Source of the DNA: a virus
Virus record (IMG/VR): IMGVR_UViG_3300013099_000018
Span: 1 to 64,000 of that record
Strand: one strand, 5' to 3'
DNA: 64,000 nt
Shown: piece after piece, positions 7,963 to 17,793 of the stretch
How positions within the stretch are numbered: the first letter of the stretch is position 1
How the letters are laid out: each line of letters opens with the position of its first letter
Program-made: the position numbers and the translations under genes
Notes under the pieces: model-generated
Databases searched by the model: none
Told to the model about the DNA's origin: nothing
Seen by the model: only the letters and a program-made list of their open reading frames with translations

Positions 7963-10131
7963 CTATTGCTCTATAACTCTCGCCATAACAGCACCTTGAC
8001 CTTTCTTGAGCTTCCATTTCTTATCTAATGTATCCTTATCGAAGTGGTCAAAGAAATCAAACACTTGTTCTGGGTTCTCTTCGCTTTCAGCTTCGGGATT
8101 GCCATAATACATGTAGATTGTAGTATCCCCTAATGGAAGGTTATCAATCTTAACCCAAATCCAGCTTTCACCGTTTGGATTCCAAAGCTCAATCCAATAT
8201 GGAAGCTTCGTTATGCCATCGTCTTTTGTGAACCTAATATCACTCCCGTCTGGTTTTGCTTTAGAATAGTCGAAGTTTTGTGGAGTTAGAACTATTAAGA
8301 CTTGGTAATCGTTTACTTCTTGAGCGTTGTTGGTTATGGTTATAGCTCTACGGTATTTGTAACCACGTAACCAATATATCATTTCAAACTCGTAAGAGGT
8401 TTGAACTGTCGATGTTTCATCGAGAGATTTGGTAGTTCTATCTATCGACAATGATAAGTCGAGTGGTTTATCGTAGCTTTCTAAGGTTTTCTCGATGACT
8501 GTTTCAGCACCGAGAATCTCCAAGTCTAACGATTCGAGGTATTTGTCGAGGATTAGTTGAGTTATAGTTTTCAAGTCATAGCTATCTAAGGTTTTGTCTA
8601 TCAGAAGTTGTGTAACCGTTTCTAAATCGTAGCTCTCTAGCGTTGAGTATATTTCAAGCAAGGCTTGAATGGTTAAATCGTATGTTGTCGTTGTCAGTTC
8701 TTCAATTGCTGTTATGGGTTGTTCCAAATCGTAAACAGATGGAAAATCGTATGTTGTAGCTAATAATGCGGTTGAATCGTAAATCGAAGGAAAGTCATAT
8801 TCTGTTAGCATTTGGAGTTGTTCAGTAATGTAAGATGGGAAATCGTATGATAGTAATAGTTCGGTGTAACCGCTTATCGTTGGTGGTAGGTCAAATGGAA
8901 TTACAATCTCAAGTTCCTTATCTACCGTTTCTATTGTTTCTGCATGTTCAGAAAATAGCTCTATACTTTTTTCGATAATAATGGGATATACTATTTCACA
9001 TATAGCCTCTGGATGAATCTCTTTCTCAATGAATTCTATTGTGTAGCTGTATTCGGTTTGAGGTTGTAGTTGCTCGGTGATGTAAGAAGGGAAATCGTAT
9101 TCTGTTAGCATTTGTAGTTGTTCTGTGGTGATAGGTGGAAAATCGTATTCTGTTAAGATTGATAATTGCTTAGTAATGATTGATGGGAAATCGTATGATG
9201 CTATTATTTCTGGTAAGAAATCTATTATCTCTGGAAAATCATATGATGATTCTATCGGAGCTAAACCTTCAACAACTTCAATGGTAACTTCACCAATTCC
9301 TTGTATTTCTGCCAATCCTTCGGTTATTGCTGTGGTTAATTCTCCAATGCTTTCTACCAAGTCTAAACTATCAATGGTTTTAGTTGTTGCTTCGCCTAAA
9401 CTATCTATTATACTTGATAAATCCAGTGAAATCGTAGTTAAGTTATAAGAAATTGTAGCTTCGATTAGTGATTCTAAGATTTCAGTTGTCGTTGAGAATT
9501 CTATAAAAGGTTCAATTTCTATATTTAATACTCTCAGAGATATACCATATTCTGTAAATAGTTCTACTATTTGTTCTGTAGTTACAAATACGTATTTGAA
9601 TATGAACTTTAGAATATTCTTAAGTGCATCTATTTTCGCATTGTATTGAAAAGATAAGACAGGGTCTTCTTCTTTGACGTAATTTAACATTCCTATATAC
9701 ATGTCTAATGATACTAAGTCCCATTGTGGTACTACTTGTGCTAAGCAATCTCTTACGCTTTTAATCGCATCTACAACTAAATTATGGTCATCTGGTAAGA
9801 TAAAGTCATCTTTAGTTACATATCTGATTTTGCGTACAATTTCAGAGTATTTAGAACAAGGATAATAAACTTGTAAAACAGTATCAAGAAGTTTAAGAGT
9901 ATCTACAATAAGGTTTTGGTCTTTAACTCTTACAAAATCGCCAAAACCTACGTATCTAAACTCTTTTGTCCTCTGTATTAGAATATTGATGACATTTTCT
10001 ACATTTTCAAGATGTCTTTCTATTAACCTATCTGTTCCTTTGGCTTGGTCTTTTAGATGAATACCTCTATCAGTAGCTCTATCAAGTAAAGTAGCTACAT
10101 CATAACTTTGAATTTCTGCAGTTATAGGCAT
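7963..10131 (-). CDS. large acidic repeat-rich virion or fibre protein ending in the N-terminal half of a DUF2341-type domain
   Basis: Three VxxxDxxxxxxxNxxxDxxK repeats, ~15-aa YDFP repeats, ~18-aa SYDL repeats, then YRRAITITN...DGSDIRFT...LPYWIELW...IYMYYGNP...VFDFFDHF. Confidence 0.75.
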   Translation of the reverse strand: MPITAEIQSYDVATLLDRATDRGIHLKDQAKGTDRLIERHLENVENVINILIQRTKEFRYVGFGDFVRVKDQNLIVDTLKLLDTVLQVYYPCSKYSEIVRKIRYVTKDDFILPDDHNLVVDAIKSVRDCLAQVVPQWDLVSLDMYIGMLNYVKEEDPVLSFQYNAKIDALKNILKFIFKYVFVTTEQIVELFTEYGISLRVLNIEIEPFIEFSTTTEILESLIEATISYNLTTISLDLSSIIDSLGEATTKTIDSLDLVESIGELTTAITEGLAEIQGIGEVTIEVVEGLAPIESSYDFPEIIDFLPEIIASYDFPSIITKQLSILTEYDFPPITTEQLQMLTEYDFPSYITEQLQPQTEYSYTIEFIEKEIHPEAICEIVYPIIIEKSIELFSEHAETIETVDKELEIVIPFDLPPTISGYTELLLSYDFPSYITEQLQMLTEYDFPSIYDSTALLATTYDFPSVYDLEQPITAIEELTTTTYDLTIQALLEIYSTLESYDLETVTQLLIDKTLDSYDLKTITQLILDKYLESLDLEILGAETVIEKTLESYDKPLDLSLSIDRTTKSLDETSTVQTSYEFEMIYWLRGYKYRRAITITNNAQEVNDYQVLIVLTPQNFDYSKAKPDGSDIRFTKDDGITKLPYWIELWNPNGESWIWVKIDNLPLGDTTIYMYYGNPEAESEENPEQVFDFFDHFDKDTLDKKWKLKKGQGAVMARVIEQ

Positions 10132-10149
10132 GAGAAATTAAAGAAGACA

Positions 10150-10851
10150 TTATGCTGTTACTTTGAAGATATATCTTACTGTTAGGGTTGCTCCTGCTGG
10201 GACATCTTGTGCTGTGTCTAAAACATCTCTTGCTATCAATACGTATTTGTCTTGAGCTTTTACGATTAAACCTATTTCGTAAATCGATATTGTCGAAGAG
10301 CCTTCGTTGGTGAATGTTCTTATTATTCTGAAGACCGAGCTTGGTGGGTCTCCGTTCACGTCTTCAACTGTAGTTTTACCGTAAACCATTTGACCATCTG
10401 CGAATCCGTCTGGAACTTGTGATTCTAACTTGTAATCGTCTCTCGTTACTGCTGTTGAGCCTGTTCCGACTACAACACCATATTCATCCACCCTTTCAAG
10501 TGCTGATGCTTCCATTGCTGATGGAGCGTTTTCAGCCTCTGAGTAGCTCGGTAAGTTTGGATAATCAAATGTCGTGCCATCCGTAGCGGTTACCGTTACT
10601 TTAGTGTTCCAAGTAGAGCCAGAAACGACACCTGCTATGTTTCCAGCCATTAATCCTCTTAGCATCAATGCGAAATTCCTCACAAGAGACTTGCTTCTAC
10701 CAGTTCTCTTCGATATTAATTTTCCGTTCTTATCCCTTACTTCAAGTTCATAGAAGAGGTCTAAATTAGCTCCAGAGTCCAATTTTTCTGTAGTTGTATC
10801 TCTTTCTAAGTTTACTTCCTCTCTTCTAATAACCAACTTATCTTTAACCAT
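10150..10851 (-). CDS. tail-fibre-base-like virion protein
   Basis: GVVVGTGSTAVTRDDYKLES...RTFTNEGSSTISIYEIGL...LIARDV...TLTVRYIF, a pattern seen in phage fibre and baseplate proteins. Confidence 0.65.
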   Translation of the reverse strand: MVKDKLVIRREEVNLERDTTTEKLDSGANLDLFYELEVRDKNGKLISKRTGRSKSLVRNFALMLRGLMAGNIAGVVSGSTWNTKVTVTATDGTTFDYPNLPSYSEAENAPSAMEASALERVDEYGVVVGTGSTAVTRDDYKLESQVPDGFADGQMVYGKTTVEDVNGDPPSSVFRIIRTFTNEGSSTISIYEIGLIVKAQDKYVLIARDVLDTAQDVPAGATLTVRYIFKVTA

Positions 10852-10889
10852 GTAGATATTTATACCTTAAATCTTAATAAAAGATTTCC

Positions 10890-12236
10890 TTACCACTCAA
10901 CGGGACTTGTTTCTTCAGAACCTATAGATATTGAAGGTTCTGGTTCGATGTATTTTCTAACGAAAACCCAATCATACCAGACTTCTTGAACAAATCCTTG
11001 ATTATCTTCGTTACAAGCACCGATTACAACTTTCAAATCTACATTATGACCACTCGTATGTTCAGCTTCTGCCAATAAGTCTCTTTTCTCGCCATAAACT
11101 TGGAATTTCGTGTTATCAGTTTGTTGGATTATTCTAAAGATGTACCATCTATTAGCGTAGAATTCCTTATCCATAGATTGGTTTAGTAGAGATTCGGTAT
11201 CAGTTCTGAATCCCCATGCAAATAAGCCTTTGAATGGGTCTCCATCTGAGTCTCCACTTCCCCATGCATGCAAATAAGAACCGTAGGCATCCGCTGGATG
11301 ATAACCAAGTTTGTCTGGGTAATACAAATCCAACCTTGCATCATGACCTTTTGCAGTTCTCGGTGAAAACTTAGCTTCGACAACGAATGGTGGAGTGAAG
11401 TTGTCTATGCTATAGATGTGAATGAAACCGTATGTTCCAAATGCGAAGTAGAGTACTTTAATGCAACTCTCTTCGAATTCTACGATAACTCTGTCGATAC
11501 CTATGCGAGCATCTATGACTTCAAAGTATCTCTCTATTAACCTATCAAATCCAGTTGCTAAATCTACAAGGATGAACTCTCGCATTGGGATTTGTTCTAA
11601 CGATGTTGCAAAGTCTGTGGCTATTAACATTAGTTGTCCAAAGTCTATCGCTTGAGCGTAATCTGAAACTGAGAACAATTTTATAGCTCTTTCAATTGTA
11701 GTTGAGATGTCTATTGATGAGAAAGTTCTATCTCCAAGCTTTTCAACACCAAATGCTCTGTCAATTGCTTCTAAGAACCTTCTGTAAAGTTCTACACCGA
11801 CAGCACTATCATGAGCTAATACATTTGGAACTGCATATATTTCGGTTAGCTGTCCGAAATCGATTGCTTTAGGAGTGAAATATGCTAAGCCTATACCAGT
11901 TGCCGAATCGTATGATGAAAAACCAATAGATGATGCTATATCTATCAGATTACCATATTCATAAGCTATGAAACCTCTCGAACCTAAGATTTCGATTAGT
12001 GTCGCCGAATCTTTTGCTAAAACGTTTAGTGATGATGTCTCAATGACACTTGCTAAATCAAATCCATAAGGTGTTATGAATGCTAAGTCAATACCTACAG
12101 CTTCATCGAATGTCGGTGTAAACTCGATTGATATTGCTTTCTCAACACCTTTCGCCCAATCTGATGATGTTAACTCTGTTGGTTTTACTGGTGCTGTTAT
12201 TACTGGTAATACTGTAGGAAATACGTCAAAGACCAT
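10890..12236 (-). CDS. repeat-containing virion protein ending in the C-terminal, ConA-like half of a DUF2341-associated module
   Basis: DxAxGxD/E repeats of ~16-18 aa; C-terminal YDWVFVRKYIEPEPSISIGSEE motif that normally closes DUF2341 modules. Confidence 0.7.
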   Translation of the reverse strand: MVFDVFPTVLPVITAPVKPTELTSSDWAKGVEKAISIEFTPTFDEAVGIDLAFITPYGFDLASVIETSSLNVLAKDSATLIEILGSRGFIAYEYGNLIDIASSIGFSSYDSATGIGLAYFTPKAIDFGQLTEIYAVPNVLAHDSAVGVELYRRFLEAIDRAFGVEKLGDRTFSSIDISTTIERAIKLFSVSDYAQAIDFGQLMLIATDFATSLEQIPMREFILVDLATGFDRLIERYFEVIDARIGIDRVIVEFEESCIKVLYFAFGTYGFIHIYSIDNFTPPFVVEAKFSPRTAKGHDARLDLYYPDKLGYHPADAYGSYLHAWGSGDSDGDPFKGLFAWGFRTDTESLLNQSMDKEFYANRWYIFRIIQQTDNTKFQVYGEKRDLLAEAEHTSGHNVDLKVVIGACNEDNQGFVQEVWYDWVFVRKYIEPEPSISIGSEETSPVEW

Positions 12237-12242
12237 GATATT

Positions 12243-12446
12243 TTACGATGGTTTATTAACTCGCATTCTACCGTTTAACTCATCGAGCTTTCTCTCAATC
12301 CTATCTAATCTAAACTCTATGAAACCAAGCCTATCATCGTGGTTCTGTAATTTCTTTAAAGTAGTTGTATAAAATTTTAGAGTTGCTGAAGCTATTGCTA
12401 TACCTAACCCTAATATTTCTATTGAGAGTGTTAAGGTGTAATCCAT
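12243..12446 (-). CDS. small membrane protein (TM helix plus coiled coil)
   Basis: Hydrophobic ILGLGIAIASATL followed by heptad-like RLDRIERKLDELNG. Confidence 0.6.
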   Translation of the reverse strand: MDYTLTLSIEILGLGIAIASATLKFYTTTLKKLQNHDDRLGFIEFRLDRIERKLDELNGRMRVNKPS

Positions 12447-12447
12447 G

Positions 12448-13281
12448 TTACCACCTCAAAACATTATTTAAATAGTTTATAGAATCTTTTATCATACTTT
12501 TAAGCCAATCTGGAACTGGATTCTTCTTTGACGAATCTATAAGCTTTAACAGACTTTCATTTATCTTGAAAGGTAGCTTGTTTAAATACTGTTTTGGATT
12601 TGAAATGAATTTGTCAAAGTCTATTACAGTTATACCTTTCTGTCGTTCTATTGCTTTTTTAACGGTAAGTATGTTGAATACAAGTTTGTCAAGGTTGTTC
12701 CTTGCTATGCTTTCGTCTAAACCATAGTATTCTACAAGGTTCTTGAATACTAAATCAGCATAGAAAGGCAATGGTTTATTGTTGCTTGTGAGAAGTTCTT
12801 TAGCTTTAGTAGAGTTTACTAAAGCATAATAAGTGAAATGGTCTGCAATAATGTTTTCTATACATCTATCTAAGTGTAGCACCCAACAATCATACCATTT
12901 CTTTACTTTCTCTAGGTGTAAGTGTAGTTGTGTTGATTTGATTACTACTGGTTGGTTATAATCGTGTAGAGGTTGAAGTAGATACCTTATAGCTCCTTCT
13001 GATGTCATAATACCCCACTGGTTTTCGTTTTCATCGAATACTGTAAAATGTCTTCTTATGAATTCATGCCTAACTTTACGTGGTAATTTACAGTAGTCTT
13101 TGAAGATTTCCCATCCGTGTAGTAGGTTCGTGTTGTTGCAACCGTTAGCCATTATGTGGTCAATGATTTCATGCTGTGTTGGCTCACTTAAGACTATGAA
13201 ATTAGGATTGCTTTTAGAGCATAATCGTTGCATGAATGTTGTACCACTCCTATAATATCCGTTTATTATACCGACTATCAC
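12448..13281 (-). CDS. sulfotransferase-family (P-loop fold) protein
   Basis: 5'-PSB-like IINGYYRSGTTFM, LSEP, VVIKS, VLHLDR motifs. Confidence 0.65.
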   Translation of the reverse strand: MIVGIINGYYRSGTTFMQRLCSKSNPNFIVLSEPTQHEIIDHIMANGCNNTNLLHGWEIFKDYCKLPRKVRHEFIRRHFTVFDENENQWGIMTSEGAIRYLLQPLHDYNQPVVIKSTQLHLHLEKVKKWYDCWVLHLDRCIENIIADHFTYYALVNSTKAKELLTSNNKPLPFYADLVFKNLVEYYGLDESIARNNLDKLVFNILTVKKAIERQKGITVIDFDKFISNPKQYLNKLPFKINESLLKLIDSSKKNPVPDWLKSMIKDSINYLNNVLRW

Positions 13282-13296
13282 GATACCACCTCTGTA

Positions 13297-14190
13297 TCAA
13301 ATTTTAAAACCATAGTTGTTAAATATTGTCTTCTTGTAAAGGTCTAACCACTCCTTTTCATAAGGAGCTTTATGAACTAACACCGAGACAAATTCTAAAA
13401 TACTCACACCATGCCACCATGTGTTAGGCAACCCGTAATACCAAGGTTTACCTTCTTTGATATTCTTAATAATAATTTCGTAGAAGATATGATGGGATAA
13501 CAACCTTCCCTGAGCGTATTCAGAAAGTTGTCCTGCAAAGTTGGATATTTTTTCTTTCGGAACATAAATCCAATGAACATAGTTGTAGTTGAATGGATAA
13601 TAGCCTTTAGCTATGAGCTTTTTCATTATGTCCAGATGGGTTTTGGGTTTATCACCGCTCCAGTATTCGTTATGCTCTACTACAAAGATAGGTTTATGCT
13701 CGTCAATTATCCTTTCAGAACCTTCTATGACTTTTAGTTCAGCACCTTCAACATCAATCTTTATCACATCTGCTTTTTCGATTAAGTTGTCTAAGGTATC
13801 TGTTTCAACTTCTATTGAATCTTTCACATTGTAAGCTTCTATAAAGCTTTGAGAACCTTTTAAAGCTAATTTAGTTTTACCTTTAGTGTTTGATACTGCT
13901 TTATCTATTATTACAATATTATCACATTTGTTAAGTTCTATGTTTTTCCTTAAGAATTCGATGTTTTTAGGGTTGGGTTCTATTGCTATAACCATACCAT
14001 AGTGTTTGCTCATGGGTATGGAGTATTTACCAGTACAAGCTCCTACATCTACGAATACTTTATTTCTATCTGCTATTATTATACAGAATCCAAGAACATG
14101 TGACTCATTTTCTCTAATAGGCTCTCTTGATGCTGGATAGTTTTCATCGACATAATATTTCAAATCAAGATGTTCGACAATCTCACCCAT
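13297..14190 (-). CDS. FkbM-family SAM-dependent methyltransferase
   Basis: VFVDVGACTGKYS, VIAIEPNP, DVIKIDVEGAELKVIEG, PIFVVE. Confidence 0.9.
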   Translation of the reverse strand: MGEIVEHLDLKYYVDENYPASREPIRENESHVLGFCIIIADRNKVFVDVGACTGKYSIPMSKHYGMVIAIEPNPKNIEFLRKNIELNKCDNIVIIDKAVSNTKGKTKLALKGSQSFIEAYNVKDSIEVETDTLDNLIEKADVIKIDVEGAELKVIEGSERIIDEHKPIFVVEHNEYWSGDKPKTHLDIMKKLIAKGYYPFNYNYVHWIYVPKEKISNFAGQLSEYAQGRLLSHHIFYEIIIKNIKEGKPWYYGLPNTWWHGVSILEFVSVLVHKAPYEKEWLDLYKKTIFNNYGFKI

Positions 14191-14204
14191 AACCAACACC
14201 TCTA

Positions 14205-17200
14205 CTAAACTTTAATGAAATCGTATTCAACTAATATTTTGATAATTTTATCTACAATTCTTCTCCAACTGTATTCTTTCCAAATCTTTTTCATGTTCCT
14301 TTTTGCAGTTCTTTTGTATTTGCTCAAGTTATCTGCAACTTTAAGAATTGTCTTTGCAAGCTCATCAACATCGATTTCCCACCCCTTTCCTACGTGGATA
14401 GGGTTATCTGGTAGAACTATTGGTTTGTTTTTCGTAACTTTGACTGGTATAGCGTATTTAATGTAATCTAAGAAACAACCAGCTTTTGGAACTATTGTTG
14501 GTACTCCTCTCGCCAATGATTCTAATGCGTTACAATTGTGAACTGTTACTAAATTAGCAACATAGCTATTGTCTTCTTCGACTTCAAGGTTATAAACATA
14601 GCCATCGTAATCTACGATTTTCATATCTCTGATTATTGAAATCATAAACCCCCTCTTGAAATCAAGATACCTCTTATTGCTATGTAAAATGTAATCCTCT
14701 TTTCTTGGTATTAATGGATTATTAGATGGGTTTTTACCATTGGTTTTGTTAGGTAATGTTACTTCAATTTCCCATATTTTACTCTCAGCGAATTTATGGC
14801 TTGGTCTAATATATGTTCTTTGGACAAGACATTCGATTCTTGGTTTATATCCAAGTTTAACTAACAATGTGTAGATTCCAAAAGCAAGATTATCGCAAAC
14901 CGTAGCATATCTTATGAGATTATCTTTAACGCATCCATCTCCAAGTATCATTGACCATACTAGCCATGATATTGTGTCTAAATCCAACCTGTAACAATCT
15001 AATGGAATTCTTTTACCATGAGCTTTTTTGCCACATAATGTTTCCAAGAATTTGGCAATAACTTTATTTGAAATGATTACTTTTGTTACTTTGCTATCAG
15101 AGTATTGCTTTACCGATGGTATATAATTGAAAGCATGTATTATTGCATTTACTAAATCTAATACAAGTTCTGGTTCTTCACCAAAACTGAACTCCACTGC
15201 ACGTCCTTTTGCTGAAATACTCCCTTCTGCTAAGTAATATCCTATAACCTTTGCCAAGTATTTATCAAATTTAACGAATCTCTTTATTTTTACATATTGA
15301 GGTTCATAGTTTATCTTTCTTAGAAACTCTACAACTTTCTTTACCCTATCAGAATTCGTATTCAATTCACCTTTGTAAGCTTTAACAGCTTTACAAACTA
15401 TTTTCTTTGTTTCATTAGTTAGCTTTTCTATATCTTTGTAGCTGATTTCTGTAAATCTCGGAGAACCTGTCCTATTGTAGTATATCCACTCATCCTCAAC
15501 TACTAAACTACCATCATTAGAGAATTCTGCTAAATCATAGACTATATTCTCACAATTGTTTGATGGTATTGGAAATACGACAAAATCTCCTTTTTTCAAC
15601 TCCTTAGCTTCTACCCATTCTAAGTTAGAGTTAATTGAGTTCCTTGCATTGCCTTTCCTAATTATAGCTAAAACTGGATGCTCTGGTGTTAATTTGATGC
15701 TAACTTTAGAGAAACCATAAGGTATTATCTCTATAATCTTACCTTTGTAATGTCTCTTAAACACTCTTGTAACCTTTCTAAACCTTCCCTTATGTGTTAG
15801 AACTAAATCTCCCTCTTTCACTTCTGAGATTGGCTTGACTCCATCGTAGCATATTATCTTTGTATCTGGTGGAACGCACTCAAACCCTCCCCCTCGTGAT
15901 GCAAGAACTGTAATGTCAGTCAAGTCATAAAGTCGCCTATAAGCATCCAATTCAAGATAACCGCCAACCTCTACGCATTTCAATTGTCTTAATAGAGGTA
16001 AGTATGGGTCTAATCCTTCAAGCCTCTTTGCCAAAATTATGATATTTGGATTCTCCTTTTGAACGATAGACATAGCTTTTGCGAATAAATCGCAACCCTT
16101 ACGGAATCCTGAGTTTCCAGAAACTACGATTTTGCCATTTCTCTCAACTATAACCGCCCCATTTGGAACTTTGACACACCAAACTATTCCTTCGTAATCT
16201 ATGACTTCTGGTTTGTTATTCATACTTGGATTAGCATATCTAACCGAAACTACGACATTATATAGTGGATGATGCCCTTTATTAAGTCTTTTTACACAAT
16301 CATCAACATTTATACTCACAGCATATCCACATTTCAAGCATAGTTCAGCTATATCCTCTGCAAGCTTTTTACTTGTTGTAGAATATTTCAATGGTATGGT
16401 TTTTCCATCCTTTGTTTTATAGAAAGTTCCATCTCCTTTCCATAGTGCCATAAGAAACTCTTTTATAAGCTCTGGAGAAAGTTCCTTTATGAAATCTGGA
16501 ACAAACTTTAGATGAGCTTTCTTACCTTTAACCTCTGGGTGAACTGGTAATCTAAGTGCTTTGATGATTTCGTATAGTTGAACTGAACTAACTATTACGC
16601 ATTTCTTATTGTAATCTATAACTGGATGATAGCCCAACTCCTTTATAGTTTCTGCTATTTCTTTCAAGTATTCACCCTTGTTGTTCCAAATCGCTATAAA
16701 AACTTCATGGTTATGTTCATTGTATCTTGCTTGTCCTTCCGATATGAACCATCCCAAGAACCTTAGAAATGGTTTTATAGGCAATTTATCATGCTTATAT
16801 CTAACATTGCAATGTAGTTTCTCGTTCAATTTCTTATCAATCTCGAAATATTCTTTGTGAACACCTTTCCATTTAACCACTCTTGGAATTTCATATTTAA
16901 CCCAATTGCGATTGATTAGTAATTCGAATGCTTCTTTAATTTTCCATTCTCTAACCTTATTTCTGTTTTGTGGAGCTACATACCGTCTTGACTTTCTAAC
17001 TACCATTCTGTGGTTTGGAGTAACTAAGAGGTCATAGTGTTGTCCTTTGAAATGAATCATCTTACCTTTATATTCGTATATAAATATCTCTTCTGGTTTC
17101 TGATACTCTAATTCACCAGTCTTTAGGTTGAAAGTGGCAATTTCGTCATCTTTGGATATCTCATTCCATTTTTTGAAACCTTCCTTAGTGAGGATTCTCG

Positions 17201-17753
17201 TTTCTTCATCATAGCAATGTGTAACATTGAAATGAACAAGTATGAATTTGTTTTTCTCCTTGAATTCTTTGAGCTTAGCCAAATCTGGATGAGTTATTGT
17301 TTTACCATTAACCATAAACTCATCTGGAATTCCATGAGGTACTACGTGAACTGGTTTATATACGCCACTATCTACAAATGCTTTCTTGGCAAAGTTAGAT
17401 GGAACTATTATTGCTTCAACTTTATTAGCTAAATCTACTGCTTTTTCGGAAATTCTGTCAGAATCTGCCGTATCGAAAGCTATAATCTTGAAACCTTTGT
17501 TGAGGCATTGGTTAAGTTTACTTATTTTGGCATTAGCTTCTTTACTTACTCCTTCGAAGAATGGATAAAAGAGTGGATGGAGTATAAGTTTACGGTTAAA
17601 CCCCCATGCAGAAGGGTCAAAAGTGTCTACATCTGTTTCTATTATTTTTACATTGTTCTTTAACTTTTGCTTTAGATACCTAATGTGTTGCTTAGATATA
17701 AAGGTAAAGCTAACCTTGTTGCGTATTGGATATAAGTAATAGATTGTTTTCAT
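14205..17753 (-). CDS. GT4 glycosyltransferase precursor with two inteins (about 366 aa after splicing)
   Basis: FDTADSD, IIVPSNF, VVPHGI, H|SGFRKGCD, SRGGGFE|CNALESLARGVPTI. Confidence 0.9.
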   Translation of the reverse strand: MKTIYYLYPIRNKVSFTFISKQHIRYLKQKLKNNVKIIETDVDTFDPSAWGFNRKLILHPLFYPFFEGVSKEANAKISKLNQCLNKGFKIIAFDTADSDRISEKAVDLANKVEAIIVPSNFAKKAFVDSGVYKPVHVVPHGIPDEFMVNGKTITHPDLAKLKEFKEKNKFILVHFNVTHCYDEETRILTKEGFKKWNEISKDDEIATFNLKTGELEYQKPEEIFIYEYKGKMIHFKGQHYDLLVTPNHRMVVRKSRRYVAPQNRNKVREWKIKEAFELLINRNWVKYEIPRVVKWKGVHKEYFEIDKKLNEKLHCNVRYKHDKLPIKPFLRFLGWFISEGQARYNEHNHEVFIAIWNNKGEYLKEIAETIKELGYHPVIDYNKKCVIVSSVQLYEIIKALRLPVHPEVKGKKAHLKFVPDFIKELSPELIKEFLMALWKGDGTFYKTKDGKTIPLKYSTTSKKLAEDIAELCLKCGYAVSINVDDCVKRLNKGHHPLYNVVVSVRYANPSMNNKPEVIDYEGIVWCVKVPNGAVIVERNGKIVVSGNSGFRKGCDLFAKAMSIVQKENPNIIILAKRLEGLDPYLPLLRQLKCVEVGGYLELDAYRRLYDLTDITVLASRGGGFECVPPDTKIICYDGVKPISEVKEGDLVLTHKGRFRKVTRVFKRHYKGKIIEIIPYGFSKVSIKLTPEHPVLAIIRKGNARNSINSNLEWVEAKELKKGDFVVFPIPSNNCENIVYDLAEFSNDGSLVVEDEWIYYNRTGSPRFTEISYKDIEKLTNETKKIVCKAVKAYKGELNTNSDRVKKVVEFLRKINYEPQYVKIKRFVKFDKYLAKVIGYYLAEGSISAKGRAVEFSFGEEPELVLDLVNAIIHAFNYIPSVKQYSDSKVTKVIISNKVIAKFLETLCGKKAHGKRIPLDCYRLDLDTISWLVWSMILGDGCVKDNLIRYATVCDNLAFGIYTLLVKLGYKPRIECLVQRTYIRPSHKFAESKIWEIEVTLPNKTNGKNPSNNPLIPRKEDYILHSNKRYLDFKRGFMISIIRDMKIVDYDGYVYNLEVEEDNSYVANLVTVHNCNALESLARGVPTIVPKAGCFLDYIKYAIPVKVTKNKPIVLPDNPIHVGKGWEIDVDELAKTILKVADNLSKYKRTAKRNMKKIWKEYSWRRIVDKIIKILVEYDFIKV
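14535..15878 (-). mobile_element. intein (448 aa) with in-frame LAGLIDADG endonuclease and an HTH insertion
   Basis: CVPPDTKII...LTPEHPV...IGYYLAEGS...MILGDG...VYNLEVEEDNSYVAN...VHN/C. Confidence 0.92.
16113..17216 (-). mobile_element. intein (368 aa) with in-frame LAGLIDADG endonuclease and SGN C-terminus
   Basis: CYDEETRILTKEG...VTPNHRM...FLGWFISEG...LWKGDG...VVSGN/S. Confidence 0.9.
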
Positions 17754-17793
17754 ATTCTTATTTCAAATCAAATGTATATTAAAAAGTTAAGCA

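Noticed and set aside
12243-12446. Virus-associated pyramid (egress) protein
   Set aside because: The TM plus coiled-coil layout is compatible, but I see no sequence resemblance to known pyramid proteins.
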